From positions 10,730-74,729 of the forward strand of contig JAZRQK010000046.1 in the NCBI GenBank assembly GCA_045649665.1: a DNA stretch of 64,000 bases, given 5' to 3'. The stretch comes from Faecousia sp. (GTDB lineage Bacteria > Bacillota > Clostridia > Oscillospirales > Oscillospiraceae). This document shows, piece by piece, positions 38,224-47,467 of this stretch (position 1 is the stretch's first letter; every line of letters begins with the position of its first letter). The position numbers and the translations under genes were made by a program. The notes beneath the pieces are model-generated. The model was not told the origin of the DNA. It was given only the letters and a program-made list of their open reading frames with translations, and searched no databases.

Positions 38224-39057
38224 ATGAAATCTACAAAGAAATTCCTTGCAATTGCGTTGGCTGCGCTGATGACCCTGAGCCTTGCTGCTTGTGGTGAAAA
38301 AGCACCCGTTGAGACTGACCCCGTACCCTCTACCACCGAGAATGTGGCAGACACTAAGGTTGTGGGCAAGCTGATCATGACCACCGACGCTTGCGTTTCT
38401 ATCAGCTACGAAGCTACCGGTCTGGTAGTCGCTGTTGATCCCATCAACGGCGAGGGCGATACTATGCTGGAAAGCTACACCGACTTCGTTGGCAAGTCCT
38501 GCGCTGATGTTGTTGCTGAACTGGTCACTCTGGCCATCGAGAGCAACAACCTCACCCGTAACATCGTGATCAAGCCCGTTGTCGGCTCCAATGTTCTGGA
38601 TGCAGACTTCCTGAACAATGTGATTTCCAAGGCACAGGTCACCGCCGATGCCGCTTACGTCACTGCAAATGCTATCCTGGTAAAGCTGGATACTTTGGAT
38701 GACTACGGCTACGTGGACTACGAGACCGCAAAGGCTATCGTTCTGAGCTATCTGGAGCTGGAGAACGCTACCACCTTTGCCGGCAGCGAGGATCCCAACT
38801 CCCAGGGTCAGTATCTGTTCTACGTTGAGGAAGGCGAGCTGGCTGCTCATTACCTGCTGGACGCTACCTACTGCACCGTAGAGGAGATCGCTGAGGACGA
38901 TCCCATTCTGTGGGACAGCGAGAACGATAACACCCCCGAGGACAGCGAGCAGAGCGCTGCTGCAGAGCAGGAAGCTGTAAATGCAGAGTCTGCTGAAACT
39001 GAGACTCCCAATGCAACGCAGCCTGCTGAGACCACCGCTCCCGACGAGGCAGTGTAA
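38224..39057 (+). CDS. Acidic lipoprotein with RsgI-like extracellular domain and PepSY-like domain
   Basis: Lipobox LSLAAC; VSISY...GLVVAV.PINGEG..ML; ETAKAIVL...Y.LDAT. Confidence 0.55.
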   Translation: MKSTKKFLAIALAALMTLSLAACGEKAPVETDPVPSTTENVADTKVVGKLIMTTDACVSISYEATGLVVAVDPINGEGDTMLESYTDFVGKSCADVVAELVTLAIESNNLTRNIVIKPVVGSNVLDADFLNNVISKAQVTADAAYVTANAILVKLDTLDDYGYVDYETAKAIVLSYLELENATTFAGSEDPNSQGQYLFYVEEGELAAHYLLDATYCTVEEIAEDDPILWDSENDNTPEDSEQSAAAEQEAVNAESAETETPNATQPAETTAPDEAV

Positions 39058-39105
39058 TTACACAACAAATAAACCGCAGAAGGAATTCTCCTTCTGCGGT
39101 TTTTA

Positions 39106-39825
39106 TTATCCTAACAGATCGTCCATATTGTAGAAGCCTGCGCTCTTGCCTGCCATAAACCGGGCGGCATCCACTGCGCCTTCTGCCAGCATGCCCCGGT
39201 CTGCCGCCTCATGGCGGAGGGTCAGGGTCTGACTGCCGGCGCAAATATGCACCTCGTGAACGCCCACCACATTGCCCATACGCAACGAAGCGATGCCCAC
39301 TTCATTTTTCTCACGCTTGCCCTCGCCGGCTCTGCCACAATGCTCCGTCAGCTCCGGACGGGCAGCCTTCACTGCCGCAAACAGCATTTTCGCCGTGCCG
39401 CTGGGGGCATCCACTTTCCGATTGTGGTGGATCTCCACGATCTCAATATCCGCCTCCGGGAAACATGCAGCCGCCTGCTTTGCGAGTTTACATAATACAG
39501 CAATTCCCAAGCTCATGTTGCCACTGAAGAACACCGGGATCTGCTGAGCGGCAGCCTCGATCAGCGCCTTTTCCTCTGGGGTATGACCGGTGGTGCCGAT
39601 AACGGCAGCGCAGCCGTTTTCCTTGGCATACTGCAGTACATCTGCCACTGCGCTATGGTGGGAGAAGTCGATGATCACATCTGCGTCCACCTTGCCCAAC
39701 TGGGCGAAGGTCTTTGCCACACCGTTTTCACCGTCCACACTGACTCTGCCTGCCAATTCCTCGCCCAGGCTCTGGCAGATCAGCTTGCCCATTGCGCCGT
39801 TGGCGCCGCATACGATCGCTCTCAT
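39106..39825 (-). CDS. dapB: 4-hydroxy-tetrahydrodipicolinate reductase
   Basis: GANGAMG, IDFS, IGTTG, EIHHNRKVDAPSGTA. Confidence 0.95.
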   Translation of the reverse strand: MRAIVCGANGAMGKLICQSLGEELAGRVSVDGENGVAKTFAQLGKVDADVIIDFSHHSAVADVLQYAKENGCAAVIGTTGHTPEEKALIEAAAQQIPVFFSGNMSLGIAVLCKLAKQAAACFPEADIEIVEIHHNRKVDAPSGTAKMLFAAVKAARPELTEHCGRAGEGKREKNEVGIASLRMGNVVGVHEVHICAGSQTLTLRHEAADRGMLAEGAVDAARFMAGKSAGFYNMDDLLG

Positions 39826-39955
39826 AAGGTTTCCTCCGTTTTCTCTGTATGAGCGCAGTATATCACAAATATCCAAAAAAAGAAATAGGAAATTCCATTT
39901 TCTGTGATTATCTGCTGTTTCACAGGCGCAAAAAGGAGAGGTTACCCTCTCCTTT

Positions 39956-41791
39956 TTATTCCACTGCGTCGAACTGGGATTGATATAGCTGATAGTAGAA
40001 GCCCTTTTGCGCCATCAGGTCATCGTGGGCTCCCTGCTCCACCACCTGACCGCCGTCCAGCACCAGGATATGATCCGCAGAACGGATAGTAGACAGCCGG
40101 TGGGCAATTACAAAGCAGGTCTTATTCTGCATCAGGGTACGCATGGCCGCCTGGATCCGCTGCTCCGTCCGGGTATCCACATTGGATGTCGCCTCGTCCA
40201 GAATCAGCATGTGGGCATCCAGCAGCATGGCTCTGGCGATGGTCAGCAGCTGCTTCTGACCCTTGGAAATAGACGTACCGTTATCGGACAGCACCGTGTT
40301 ATATCCCTCCGGCAGCCGGGAGATATAGCCATGGATATGGGCAGCTTTGGCTGCCGCAACCACTTCCTCCATGGTGGCATTTTCCTTGCCATAGGCGATG
40401 TTATCAAAAATCGTGCCATGGAACAGCCATGTGTCCTGCAGTACCATGGAATATGCCTTTCGCAGAGAGTCACGGGTGACCTTGCGGACATCGTGTCCAT
40501 CCACGTAAACTGCGCCGCTATCTACATCGTAGAAGCGCATCAAAAGATTGATAATCGTGGTCTTGCCTGCGCCGGTAGGGCCGACGATGGCTGTCAGGCT
40601 GCCGGGCTCAGCGTGCAAGTCCAGTTCCCGGATAATCGGCTGACCGGGAATGTAGGAAAAGTCCACATTCTGAAGCTGTACATCACCTTGCACATGTTCC
40701 AACACTACGGCCTCCGGATCATCTGCCGGTTCGGGCTTGGCATCGATCAAGCTGAACACACGCTCCGCCGCTGCAAAAGCGCTCTGCAGCTCGGACAGAA
40801 TGTTTGCCACCTCGTTGATCGGGCCGGAGAACCGCCGGGAGTACATCACAAAGCTGTTCAGATCGCCCAGCCGCACCTGACCTTTCAGGAACAAAATTGC
40901 GCCAAAGGTGCTGATCAGCGCCACAGAGATATTGTTGACGAACATGATGATCGGTCCGGACACCGTACCAAAGGCCTCCGCCATGGAGTAGGCATGGACC
41001 GCCTCTTTGTTTTTCTCGTCAAAACCTTCCTGCACCGCCGCCTCCTGACCATAAGCATGGACAGTTTTCTGACCGGAGAGCATTTCCTCCACATAGCCAT
41101 TGAGCTTGCCCAGCTTGGCAGACCGTCGCCGGAACAGCGGGCGCACCCGAGTGGTGATAAACCGGGTAAACAGGAATGTAACAGGAACGGTTAGCAGGAA
41201 TATGCCCACCAGCTTGGGAGCTATGGAGAGCATCATACCAAAAGCAACCACCACGGTAATGGCGCTGTTGACAATTTGCAAAAGGTCATTGGCAAGGCTC
41301 TGGTTCACCGTATCGATGTCATAGGTGATCACAGAGATAATATCGCCGGTCTGATATTTGTCAAAAAATCCCACCGGCAGCCGGGAAAGGTTTTCAAACA
41401 CATCGTGGCGCATCTGCCGGGAAACAGCACGGGACAGCTTCAGCATGATCACATGCAGCACATAGCCCAACGCAGAGGACAGCACATAGCACAGAAGCAT
41501 CAGTCCGGCGCACCACAGCACCGTATGAAAGTCTACCTGACCGGCGCCCAAATCGATGGCATTGATAGCCTGACCTGAAAGTTTAGGACTTAACAGTCCA
41601 ATTACATTGCCGGAAAGCGCCAGAATCAGCGCCAGCACCACCAGCAGACGATTTCTGCCGATGTACTTCCACAGACGCAGCAGCATCTTGCCCATATCCA
41701 CTTTGCCTTCGCCAAATCGCCGCTTATCTCCGGATACCTCCGCACGGCGCATACGGGAGTTGGGGCCGCCGCCCATCATAGGACCAGCCAT
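39956..41791 (-). CDS. ABC exporter, permease/ATPase half
   Basis: TMD plus GPTGAGKT, ISKGQKQ, LDEATS. Confidence 0.93.
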   Translation of the reverse strand: MAGPMMGGGPNSRMRRAEVSGDKRRFGEGKVDMGKMLLRLWKYIGRNRLLVVLALILALSGNVIGLLSPKLSGQAINAIDLGAGQVDFHTVLWCAGLMLLCYVLSSALGYVLHVIMLKLSRAVSRQMRHDVFENLSRLPVGFFDKYQTGDIISVITYDIDTVNQSLANDLLQIVNSAITVVVAFGMMLSIAPKLVGIFLLTVPVTFLFTRFITTRVRPLFRRRSAKLGKLNGYVEEMLSGQKTVHAYGQEAAVQEGFDEKNKEAVHAYSMAEAFGTVSGPIIMFVNNISVALISTFGAILFLKGQVRLGDLNSFVMYSRRFSGPINEVANILSELQSAFAAAERVFSLIDAKPEPADDPEAVVLEHVQGDVQLQNVDFSYIPGQPIIRELDLHAEPGSLTAIVGPTGAGKTTIINLLMRFYDVDSGAVYVDGHDVRKVTRDSLRKAYSMVLQDTWLFHGTIFDNIAYGKENATMEEVVAAAKAAHIHGYISRLPEGYNTVLSDNGTSISKGQKQLLTIARAMLLDAHMLILDEATSNVDTRTEQRIQAAMRTLMQNKTCFVIAHRLSTIRSADHILVLDGGQVVEQGAHDDLMAQKGFYYQLYQSQFDAVE

Positions 41792-43509
41792 CAGGACACC
41801 TCCCTTCCCTCGCCCATTTGGGTCTGGGCGATGATGCGGTATTCCTCACAGCTTTCCATCAGGTGGGCATGATCGCCTGCGCCGATCACTGCGCCGTCAG
41901 ACATGACCAAAATCAAATCTGCATGCTGCAGCGAGCTGATACGCTGGGTCACTAACACTGTGGTGGTATCCCGGTAATGCTCCCGCAAAGCCTTGCGCAG
42001 ATCCGAGTCCGTCTTATAGTCCAGCGCAGAGGAAGCGTCGTCCAGCACCAGAATCTCCGGGTCAGCCGCCAAAGCACGGGCGATGAGCAAGCGCTGCTTC
42101 TGACCGCCGGAGAGGTTGTTGCCACGGACAGCCACCGGCGCATCCATGCCACCGGCTTTTTCGGCGATAAAACCGGCCTGGGCGCACTGCGCCGCCTTTT
42201 CCACCGCCTCGTCGGAAATATCCCGGAAAAAGCGAATGTTATGGGCGATGGTGCCCTCTGCAATAAAGTCATTCTGAAATACGATGCCGAACTTCCTGCG
42301 CAACTGCTCATAGGGAATGGTGCGAATATCTGCACCGTCCAGCAGCACAGTTCCTTCGTCCACATCGTACAGCCGCATCAGCAGATTGAGTATGGTACTC
42401 TTGCCGCTGCCGGTGCTGCCCAAAATGCCCAAGGTCTGTCCCTTTTCCAGCCGAAAACTCAGGTTATCCGTATTCTTGCCCACACCGGTATAGGAGAAAG
42501 ACACATTTTGAAATTCAATATGGGCGGCAGGCTGCTCTACCAATCCAGCCGGCAGCACCTGCATATCCTCCGGCAATGCCAGTACATCAGAAATACGCTT
42601 GGCGCTGGCCTCGCCTCTGGACCACATAATAAAGATACGGGTCACGCCGGACATGGCATTGAGGATCATGGTAAAATACTGCAGCGCAGCGATGATCACG
42701 CCGGCTTTGATATTGCCGTCGTTGACCCGGTATGCGCCCACGACCACCACCAAAGTCAGACCGATATGCAAAATGGTGGACGTGATAGGGCCGGTGACAC
42801 CGGTGACCATACCTGCCTGCTCGGACACGCTGGAAAGCTCACCGTTCACCTCGTCAAACCGGGCTTTTTCATGCTCGGTCTTGCTCAGCGCCTTGATGAC
42901 ACGGATGCCGGTGATATTCTCCTGCATTACCCGGACGATCTTATCCAGCACAGTCTGCTGTCTGGTAAAGATGGGCAGGCTCTTTTTGGACACATAATAT
43001 ACCACCGCCGAGATCACCGGCAGCAACAGAATCAGAATCAGCGCCAGCTGCCAATCCAGCCGCACCATCATAATGATGCCGCCCACCAGCAAAATGGGTG
43101 CACGGATACCCATACGCTGGATACGGGTCAGCATATTGTTGAAATTATATGTATCGCTGGTGAGTCGGGATTCGGCAGAGGAAACCGTCAGCCGATCCAT
43201 CTGCCGGGCAGACAGCTGCTGCAGCTTTTGGAACAGATCATGGCGGATCTGTCTGGTCACTCTGCCGGAGGTAAAGGCGCTGATAGCATTGGCAGTAAAG
43301 TTCAGCACCAAACACAGCAGTGCGCACAGCACCATCAGGCCGCCGATCCAATAGATCGCCGGCATGTCGCCTTTGGGCGCTACCTCGTCGAGCATGGTTT
43401 CCATCAGCGAGGGAATCCAAAGCTCTGCGTATGCTGCGCCGAATTTCAGCGCCAAAGTCAGCAGAATAAAGCCAATCTCCGGGCGGATATATTTCATTAA
43501 GCCTTTCAT
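41791..43509 (-). CDS. ABC exporter, permease/ATPase half (degenerate site; heterodimer partner)
   Basis: GSTGSGKS, LSGGQ, LDDASSALD, VTQR. Confidence 0.93.
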   Translation of the reverse strand: MKGLMKYIRPEIGFILLTLALKFGAAYAELWIPSLMETMLDEVAPKGDMPAIYWIGGLMVLCALLCLVLNFTANAISAFTSGRVTRQIRHDLFQKLQQLSARQMDRLTVSSAESRLTSDTYNFNNMLTRIQRMGIRAPILLVGGIIMMVRLDWQLALILILLLPVISAVVYYVSKKSLPIFTRQQTVLDKIVRVMQENITGIRVIKALSKTEHEKARFDEVNGELSSVSEQAGMVTGVTGPITSTILHIGLTLVVVVGAYRVNDGNIKAGVIIAALQYFTMILNAMSGVTRIFIMWSRGEASAKRISDVLALPEDMQVLPAGLVEQPAAHIEFQNVSFSYTGVGKNTDNLSFRLEKGQTLGILGSTGSGKSTILNLLMRLYDVDEGTVLLDGADIRTIPYEQLRRKFGIVFQNDFIAEGTIAHNIRFFRDISDEAVEKAAQCAQAGFIAEKAGGMDAPVAVRGNNLSGGQKQRLLIARALAADPEILVLDDASSALDYKTDSDLRKALREHYRDTTTVLVTQRISSLQHADLILVMSDGAVIGAGDHAHLMESCEEYRIIAQTQMGEGREVS

Positions 43510-43629
43510 TCCCTCGCCTCCTTTCCGGACGGAATGGTGATTTCTATGTTTATTTTAGCACAGCTGCCCCGGCGGGTAAAGTATAAAAAACCCCATCCGA
43601 CGCAAAATAATGGCGCAAGGAGGGATTTT

Positions 43630-43728
43630 ATGAAAGAGGATGAGAAAAAAACCACCGGCTGGGAGGTCACAGACCCAAAGCCGCCGGTGATCCGCTCCGG
43701 ACACATGGAAAACCGCAAGGAGCATTAA
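43630..43728 (+). CDS. Small hypothetical protein, 32 aa (possible forespore protein)
   Basis: RBS aaggaggg; gtata-N17-caaaata upstream; MKEDEKKTTGWEVTDPKPPVIRSGHMENRKEH. Confidence 0.45.
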   Translation: MKEDEKKTTGWEVTDPKPPVIRSGHMENRKEH

Positions 43729-43836
43729 CAAATTTCGATTTTTCGACCAGATATTGTAGGGGCGTGCATCGCCAAATTGGACTTTGCCTATGCGGAAAAA
43801 TAAAAAGCACGCAGCTAACACTGCGTGCTTTTTATA

Positions 43837-44076
43837 TCAGATCTCTTTGTACATAGCGCCGGCATCGTCCTTACGGACATTATCCGCCACTTGTACGACC
43901 TCCACCGCCACGGTTCTTGCGCCCATAGCGATCTCGATCTTGTCGCCGACCTTGACATCGTAACTGGCCTTGACTACACGGCCGTTTACACTGATGCGGC
44001 CATTGTCGCAGGCTTCGTTGGCAACTGTCCGCCGTTTGATCAGGCGGGATACCTTCAGGTACTTGTCAAGACGCAT
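43837..44076 (-). CDS. yabO: S4-domain RNA-binding protein YabO/RqcP
   Basis: MRLDKYLKVSRLIKRRTVANEAC..GRI.VNG. Confidence 0.92.
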   Translation of the reverse strand: MRLDKYLKVSRLIKRRTVANEACDNGRISVNGRVVKASYDVKVGDKIEIAMGARTVAVEVVQVADNVRKDDAGAMYKEI

Positions 44077-44088
44077 TGGGGAGCTACC

Positions 44089-44364
44089 TTACTTTGCGAC
44101 AGCGTCCTTCAGAGCCTTAGCAGCCTTGAAAGCGGGCAGACGGGTAGCGGGAATCTGAATGGTCTCCTTGGTGCGGGGGTTGCGGCCTACGCGAGCCTCA
44201 CGAGCCTTAACCTCGTAAGTGCCGAAACCGGAAACCTGTACCTTCTCGCCCTTAACCAGGCTAGCGGTGATGGTCTCCATGGTAGCGTTGATGACACGCT
44301 CTGCGTCCTTCTTGGTCAGGCCGGTCTTCTCGGCTACTGCAGCGATCAGTTCAGTCTTGTTCAT
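44089..44364 (-). CDS. hup: Histone-like DNA-binding protein HU
   Basis: MNKTELIAAVAEK, GFGTYEV, GRNPRT, PAFKA. Confidence 0.97.
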   Translation of the reverse strand: MNKTELIAAVAEKTGLTKKDAERVINATMETITASLVKGEKVQVSGFGTYEVKAREARVGRNPRTKETIQIPATRLPAFKAAKALKDAVAK

Positions 44365-44509
44365 AGTAAATCGTCCTCTTTCATAATTAATGAGTTCATA
44401 CGGGACTTTATCGTAACATATCGCAACAATAATTGCAAGTATTTTTGTCAAAAATCGTGAAATTTTACAATAAATACTGAAAGAAATCCAATTATTTGGG
44501 GTTCAAGTG

Positions 44510-46114
44510 TTATAATTTGAGTAATTTGGCAATTTTATCACCCTTGGGCAGCAGCATGCAATCCTCTGCGGTAATAGCCTTACATTTGACCACAGCCACG
44601 CAATAGACTACAACACCCACTGCAATCGGCACACCGCACAGCAAGATCCGGCCGCCATCCTCACCCAGCAACCGGGTCAGCAGCCATGTTGCGCCGTACA
44701 CCGCAGCGCCCATCAGCGCCGCCGGGAGCAGGGAGCGCAGCAGGTTGGGCAGCAGCTTGGGTTTCTGGGGAACGATCCTGCCGATGGCGATCAGGTTCAT
44801 AGCCGCAATAGCGGAATAGCCCAACACAGCACCCAAAGGCACACCCACGATGCCCAGCTTGGGATTGCCCACCAGCATATACACGATCGCCAGCTTTACC
44901 AGACCTGCCAGCAGCATATTCACCACCGGAACATGGGCATAGCCATGGGCCTGCATCAAAGCGTTGGTATACTGGATCACCGCATACAGAAATACGCAGA
45001 TACCCAGCACCGCCATCAAGGTGGTGGCAAGTTCCAGCTTTTCACCGGTGTAGCCGCCTAACAGCGCCATGATGGGTCTTGCCAGCAGACACAGACCCAC
45101 ACTGCAGGGCAAACTGATCAAACCGGTGATTCGGGCAGCGGATTCCTCCGTTTCCCTGACGCCTGTGTCATTTTTCAGAGTCAGATGATTGGTGATCGCC
45201 GGGATCACACTGATGGCAATGGGTACGATAAATGCGCAGGGCATGTTATAGATGGTCATGGTCATGCTGTAGATACCCTTCATGGTATCTGCCACATCCT
45301 GAGAAAGGCCGTTGGCGGTGAGCAGCTGACCCATATACAGCTTTTGCTCCACCACCGTCAGCAGCTGCAGACCTGCAGAGCCGATGGTGATGGGTACGGC
45401 GATAGCCAGCAACCCTTTCAGCGCCATGCCGTAGGACATCACATCCTCATCGGTTTGGGGCAGCTGCTTATAGGCAGGCCGGAACTTGCCGTAAAGGAAC
45501 ACCACGGAAATGGCGCAGCTGACGGTAACACCTAAAATCGCACCGCCGGCAGACAAGGGAATGCTCTTGGTAAAGTACATCAGCGCAAAGGCTGCGCCCA
45601 GACCCACAATGAGCTTAAACACTGCCTCCAGCACCTGGGATGCGGAAGTGGGACGCATATCTCCCTGCCCTTGGAAAAATCCACGGAAGGTGGAGATCAC
45701 ACCCATTAGAAGTGCGCAAGGTCCTAAAAAGAGAATGGCATACTTGGCATTGGGCTGCTCCAGCCAGTTGGCAAGGGGCGCTGCAAAGAGCACCATCAAC
45801 GCCGTACTGACAATGCCCAGTCCCAAAAACAGACCCCGGGCAGTCTTGTACACCCGGCGCACCTGAGCGTAATGTCCCAGGGCGCTTGCCTGACTGATCA
45901 TCCGGCTCATAGCCACCGGCAAGCCGGCAGTGGAGATCATCAGCAGCACAGAGTAGATATCATAGGCAGTTGTAAAATAACCGTAACCCTGGTCGCCAAT
46001 GACCATTTTCAGCGGTATCTTATACAACGCGCCGATGACCTTTACCACGGCAGTTGCCAGCGCCAGCAAGGCTGCGCCGTGGAGAAAGGTTTGTTTTTTG
46101 GTTGAATCTGCCAT
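44510..46114 (-). CDS. YabM/SpoVB-like MOP-family flippase
   Basis: FLHGAALL...VKVIGALYKIPL, STAGLPVA.S, RGFFQG..DM.PT..SQV.E. Confidence 0.88.
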   Translation of the reverse strand: MADSTKKQTFLHGAALLALATAVVKVIGALYKIPLKMVIGDQGYGYFTTAYDIYSVLLMISTAGLPVAMSRMISQASALGHYAQVRRVYKTARGLFLGLGIVSTALMVLFAAPLANWLEQPNAKYAILFLGPCALLMGVISTFRGFFQGQGDMRPTSASQVLEAVFKLIVGLGAAFALMYFTKSIPLSAGGAILGVTVSCAISVVFLYGKFRPAYKQLPQTDEDVMSYGMALKGLLAIAVPITIGSAGLQLLTVVEQKLYMGQLLTANGLSQDVADTMKGIYSMTMTIYNMPCAFIVPIAISVIPAITNHLTLKNDTGVRETEESAARITGLISLPCSVGLCLLARPIMALLGGYTGEKLELATTLMAVLGICVFLYAVIQYTNALMQAHGYAHVPVVNMLLAGLVKLAIVYMLVGNPKLGIVGVPLGAVLGYSAIAAMNLIAIGRIVPQKPKLLPNLLRSLLPAALMGAAVYGATWLLTRLLGEDGGRILLCGVPIAVGVVVYCVAVVKCKAITAEDCMLLPKGDKIAKLLKL

Positions 46115-46117
46115 TTG

Positions 46118-47431
46118 TTACTCCTTATCCATCAAACGGGGAATGGCGTAGGTCATGATTTCCTGCACCACAGCGTTCAGGTCGATGGTGGGGAACTGAC
46201 CGTTTTGATACAGCACCTTGCCGCCCACCATAGTCATAGCCACATCGCCGCCCTTGGCAGCGAATACCAGCGCATTCATAACATCGTGGCAGGGCATCAG
46301 ATGGGGCGCAGAGAAGTCTACCAGCGCAATATCTGCGTCCATGCCCTCTTTCAGCATGCCGGTCCGGTCAGCTCTTTGCTGGGCTCTTGCGCCGCAGGCA
46401 GTTGCCATCATCAGCACCGCAGAGGCAGGCATGGTGTTGGCATCGCCGCCGGTTTTCCGGGCATCCAGCGCCGCATAGCGCATCACTTCAAACATGTCCA
46501 GATTGCCGCATTCCACTGCGCCGCCGGTACCCAGCGCCACATTCATACCGGCTTTGACACAGTCGGTAATGGGGGTGGCAGGCAGACCTGCTTTGGCATA
46601 AGCCATGGGGGTGGAAACCGCCGTTGCCTTGCGCTTGCCCAAAAGCTTGCGCTCCTCCTCGGTCAGTCCTGCGCAGCCGGTGGCGGTCACCGGTACAGAA
46701 AATACCCGGTGGGTATCCAGCAGCTCCGCCACACCCAAGCCGGTGCGTTCCAAACACTCCTCCGCCTCTGCAGCGGTTTCTGCCAAGTGCAGCTGCAAGC
46801 CTAAATTCTTTTCCGCCGCCCATGCAGACAGTCCCTCCCACAAGGGGTAGTTGCTGGTATATTCTGCATACAGACCGGCATCGATGCGGATACGGCCATC
46901 CTCGTAATTATGCCACTTCTCCGCCACACGGCACTGCTCGGCGCACTGCTCGTCAGTATCAAAATCAAACTCCTCGCTAGGGTCGATAAACCGGTAGGCA
47001 GAAAGGGCGAGGTTTGCCTTGATACCGCTTTCCGCCACCGCCTGCGCAGTAGCCTCCGGGTAGTAATACAAATCGGAAACCGAGGTGATGCCGAACCGCA
47101 AGCACTCGGCGATGCCCAAAAGGGCGGCAGCCTTTGCGCTCCGGGCATCCATCTTGTCCTCCCGGGTCAGCTGCTGCTCCAGCGCCTCCCGGCGAGATGC
47201 ATCGTCGGCAAAGCACCGCAAAACCGTGGTCGCCAAATGGGTATGGCAGTTCACCAAACCGGGCATCGCCACCATACCGGTGCCGTCGATAATGGTCTTG
47301 GGCTGCTGACCGGGGGCTTGTTTGCCGATATAGGATATTTTACCGTCGGTGATGCCCAGATATGCGCCAAAGAGCACATCCATGCGTTCATTCATCGTCA
47401 CCGCAGTCACATTTGCAATCAAAGTATCCAA
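46118..47431 (-). CDS. MtaD-like amidohydrolase with degenerate metal site
   Basis: PGLVNCHTH and HLAET present; TGCAGL replaces AHCVHL and LGTGG replaces LGTDG. Confidence 0.8.
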   Translation of the reverse strand: MDTLIANVTAVTMNERMDVLFGAYLGITDGKISYIGKQAPGQQPKTIIDGTGMVAMPGLVNCHTHLATTVLRCFADDASRREALEQQLTREDKMDARSAKAAALLGIAECLRFGITSVSDLYYYPEATAQAVAESGIKANLALSAYRFIDPSEEFDFDTDEQCAEQCRVAEKWHNYEDGRIRIDAGLYAEYTSNYPLWEGLSAWAAEKNLGLQLHLAETAAEAEECLERTGLGVAELLDTHRVFSVPVTATGCAGLTEEERKLLGKRKATAVSTPMAYAKAGLPATPITDCVKAGMNVALGTGGAVECGNLDMFEVMRYAALDARKTGGDANTMPASAVLMMATACGARAQQRADRTGMLKEGMDADIALVDFSAPHLMPCHDVMNALVFAAKGGDVAMTMVGGKVLYQNGQFPTIDLNAVVQEIMTYAIPRLMDKE

Positions 47432-47467
47432 GAAAAGACTTCCTTTCCGATTCCATACATTAACGCT

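Noticed and set aside
43755-43775. gtaggggcg motif resembling GTAG-type REP elements
   Set aside because: Single copy, no complete palindrome and no associated transposase
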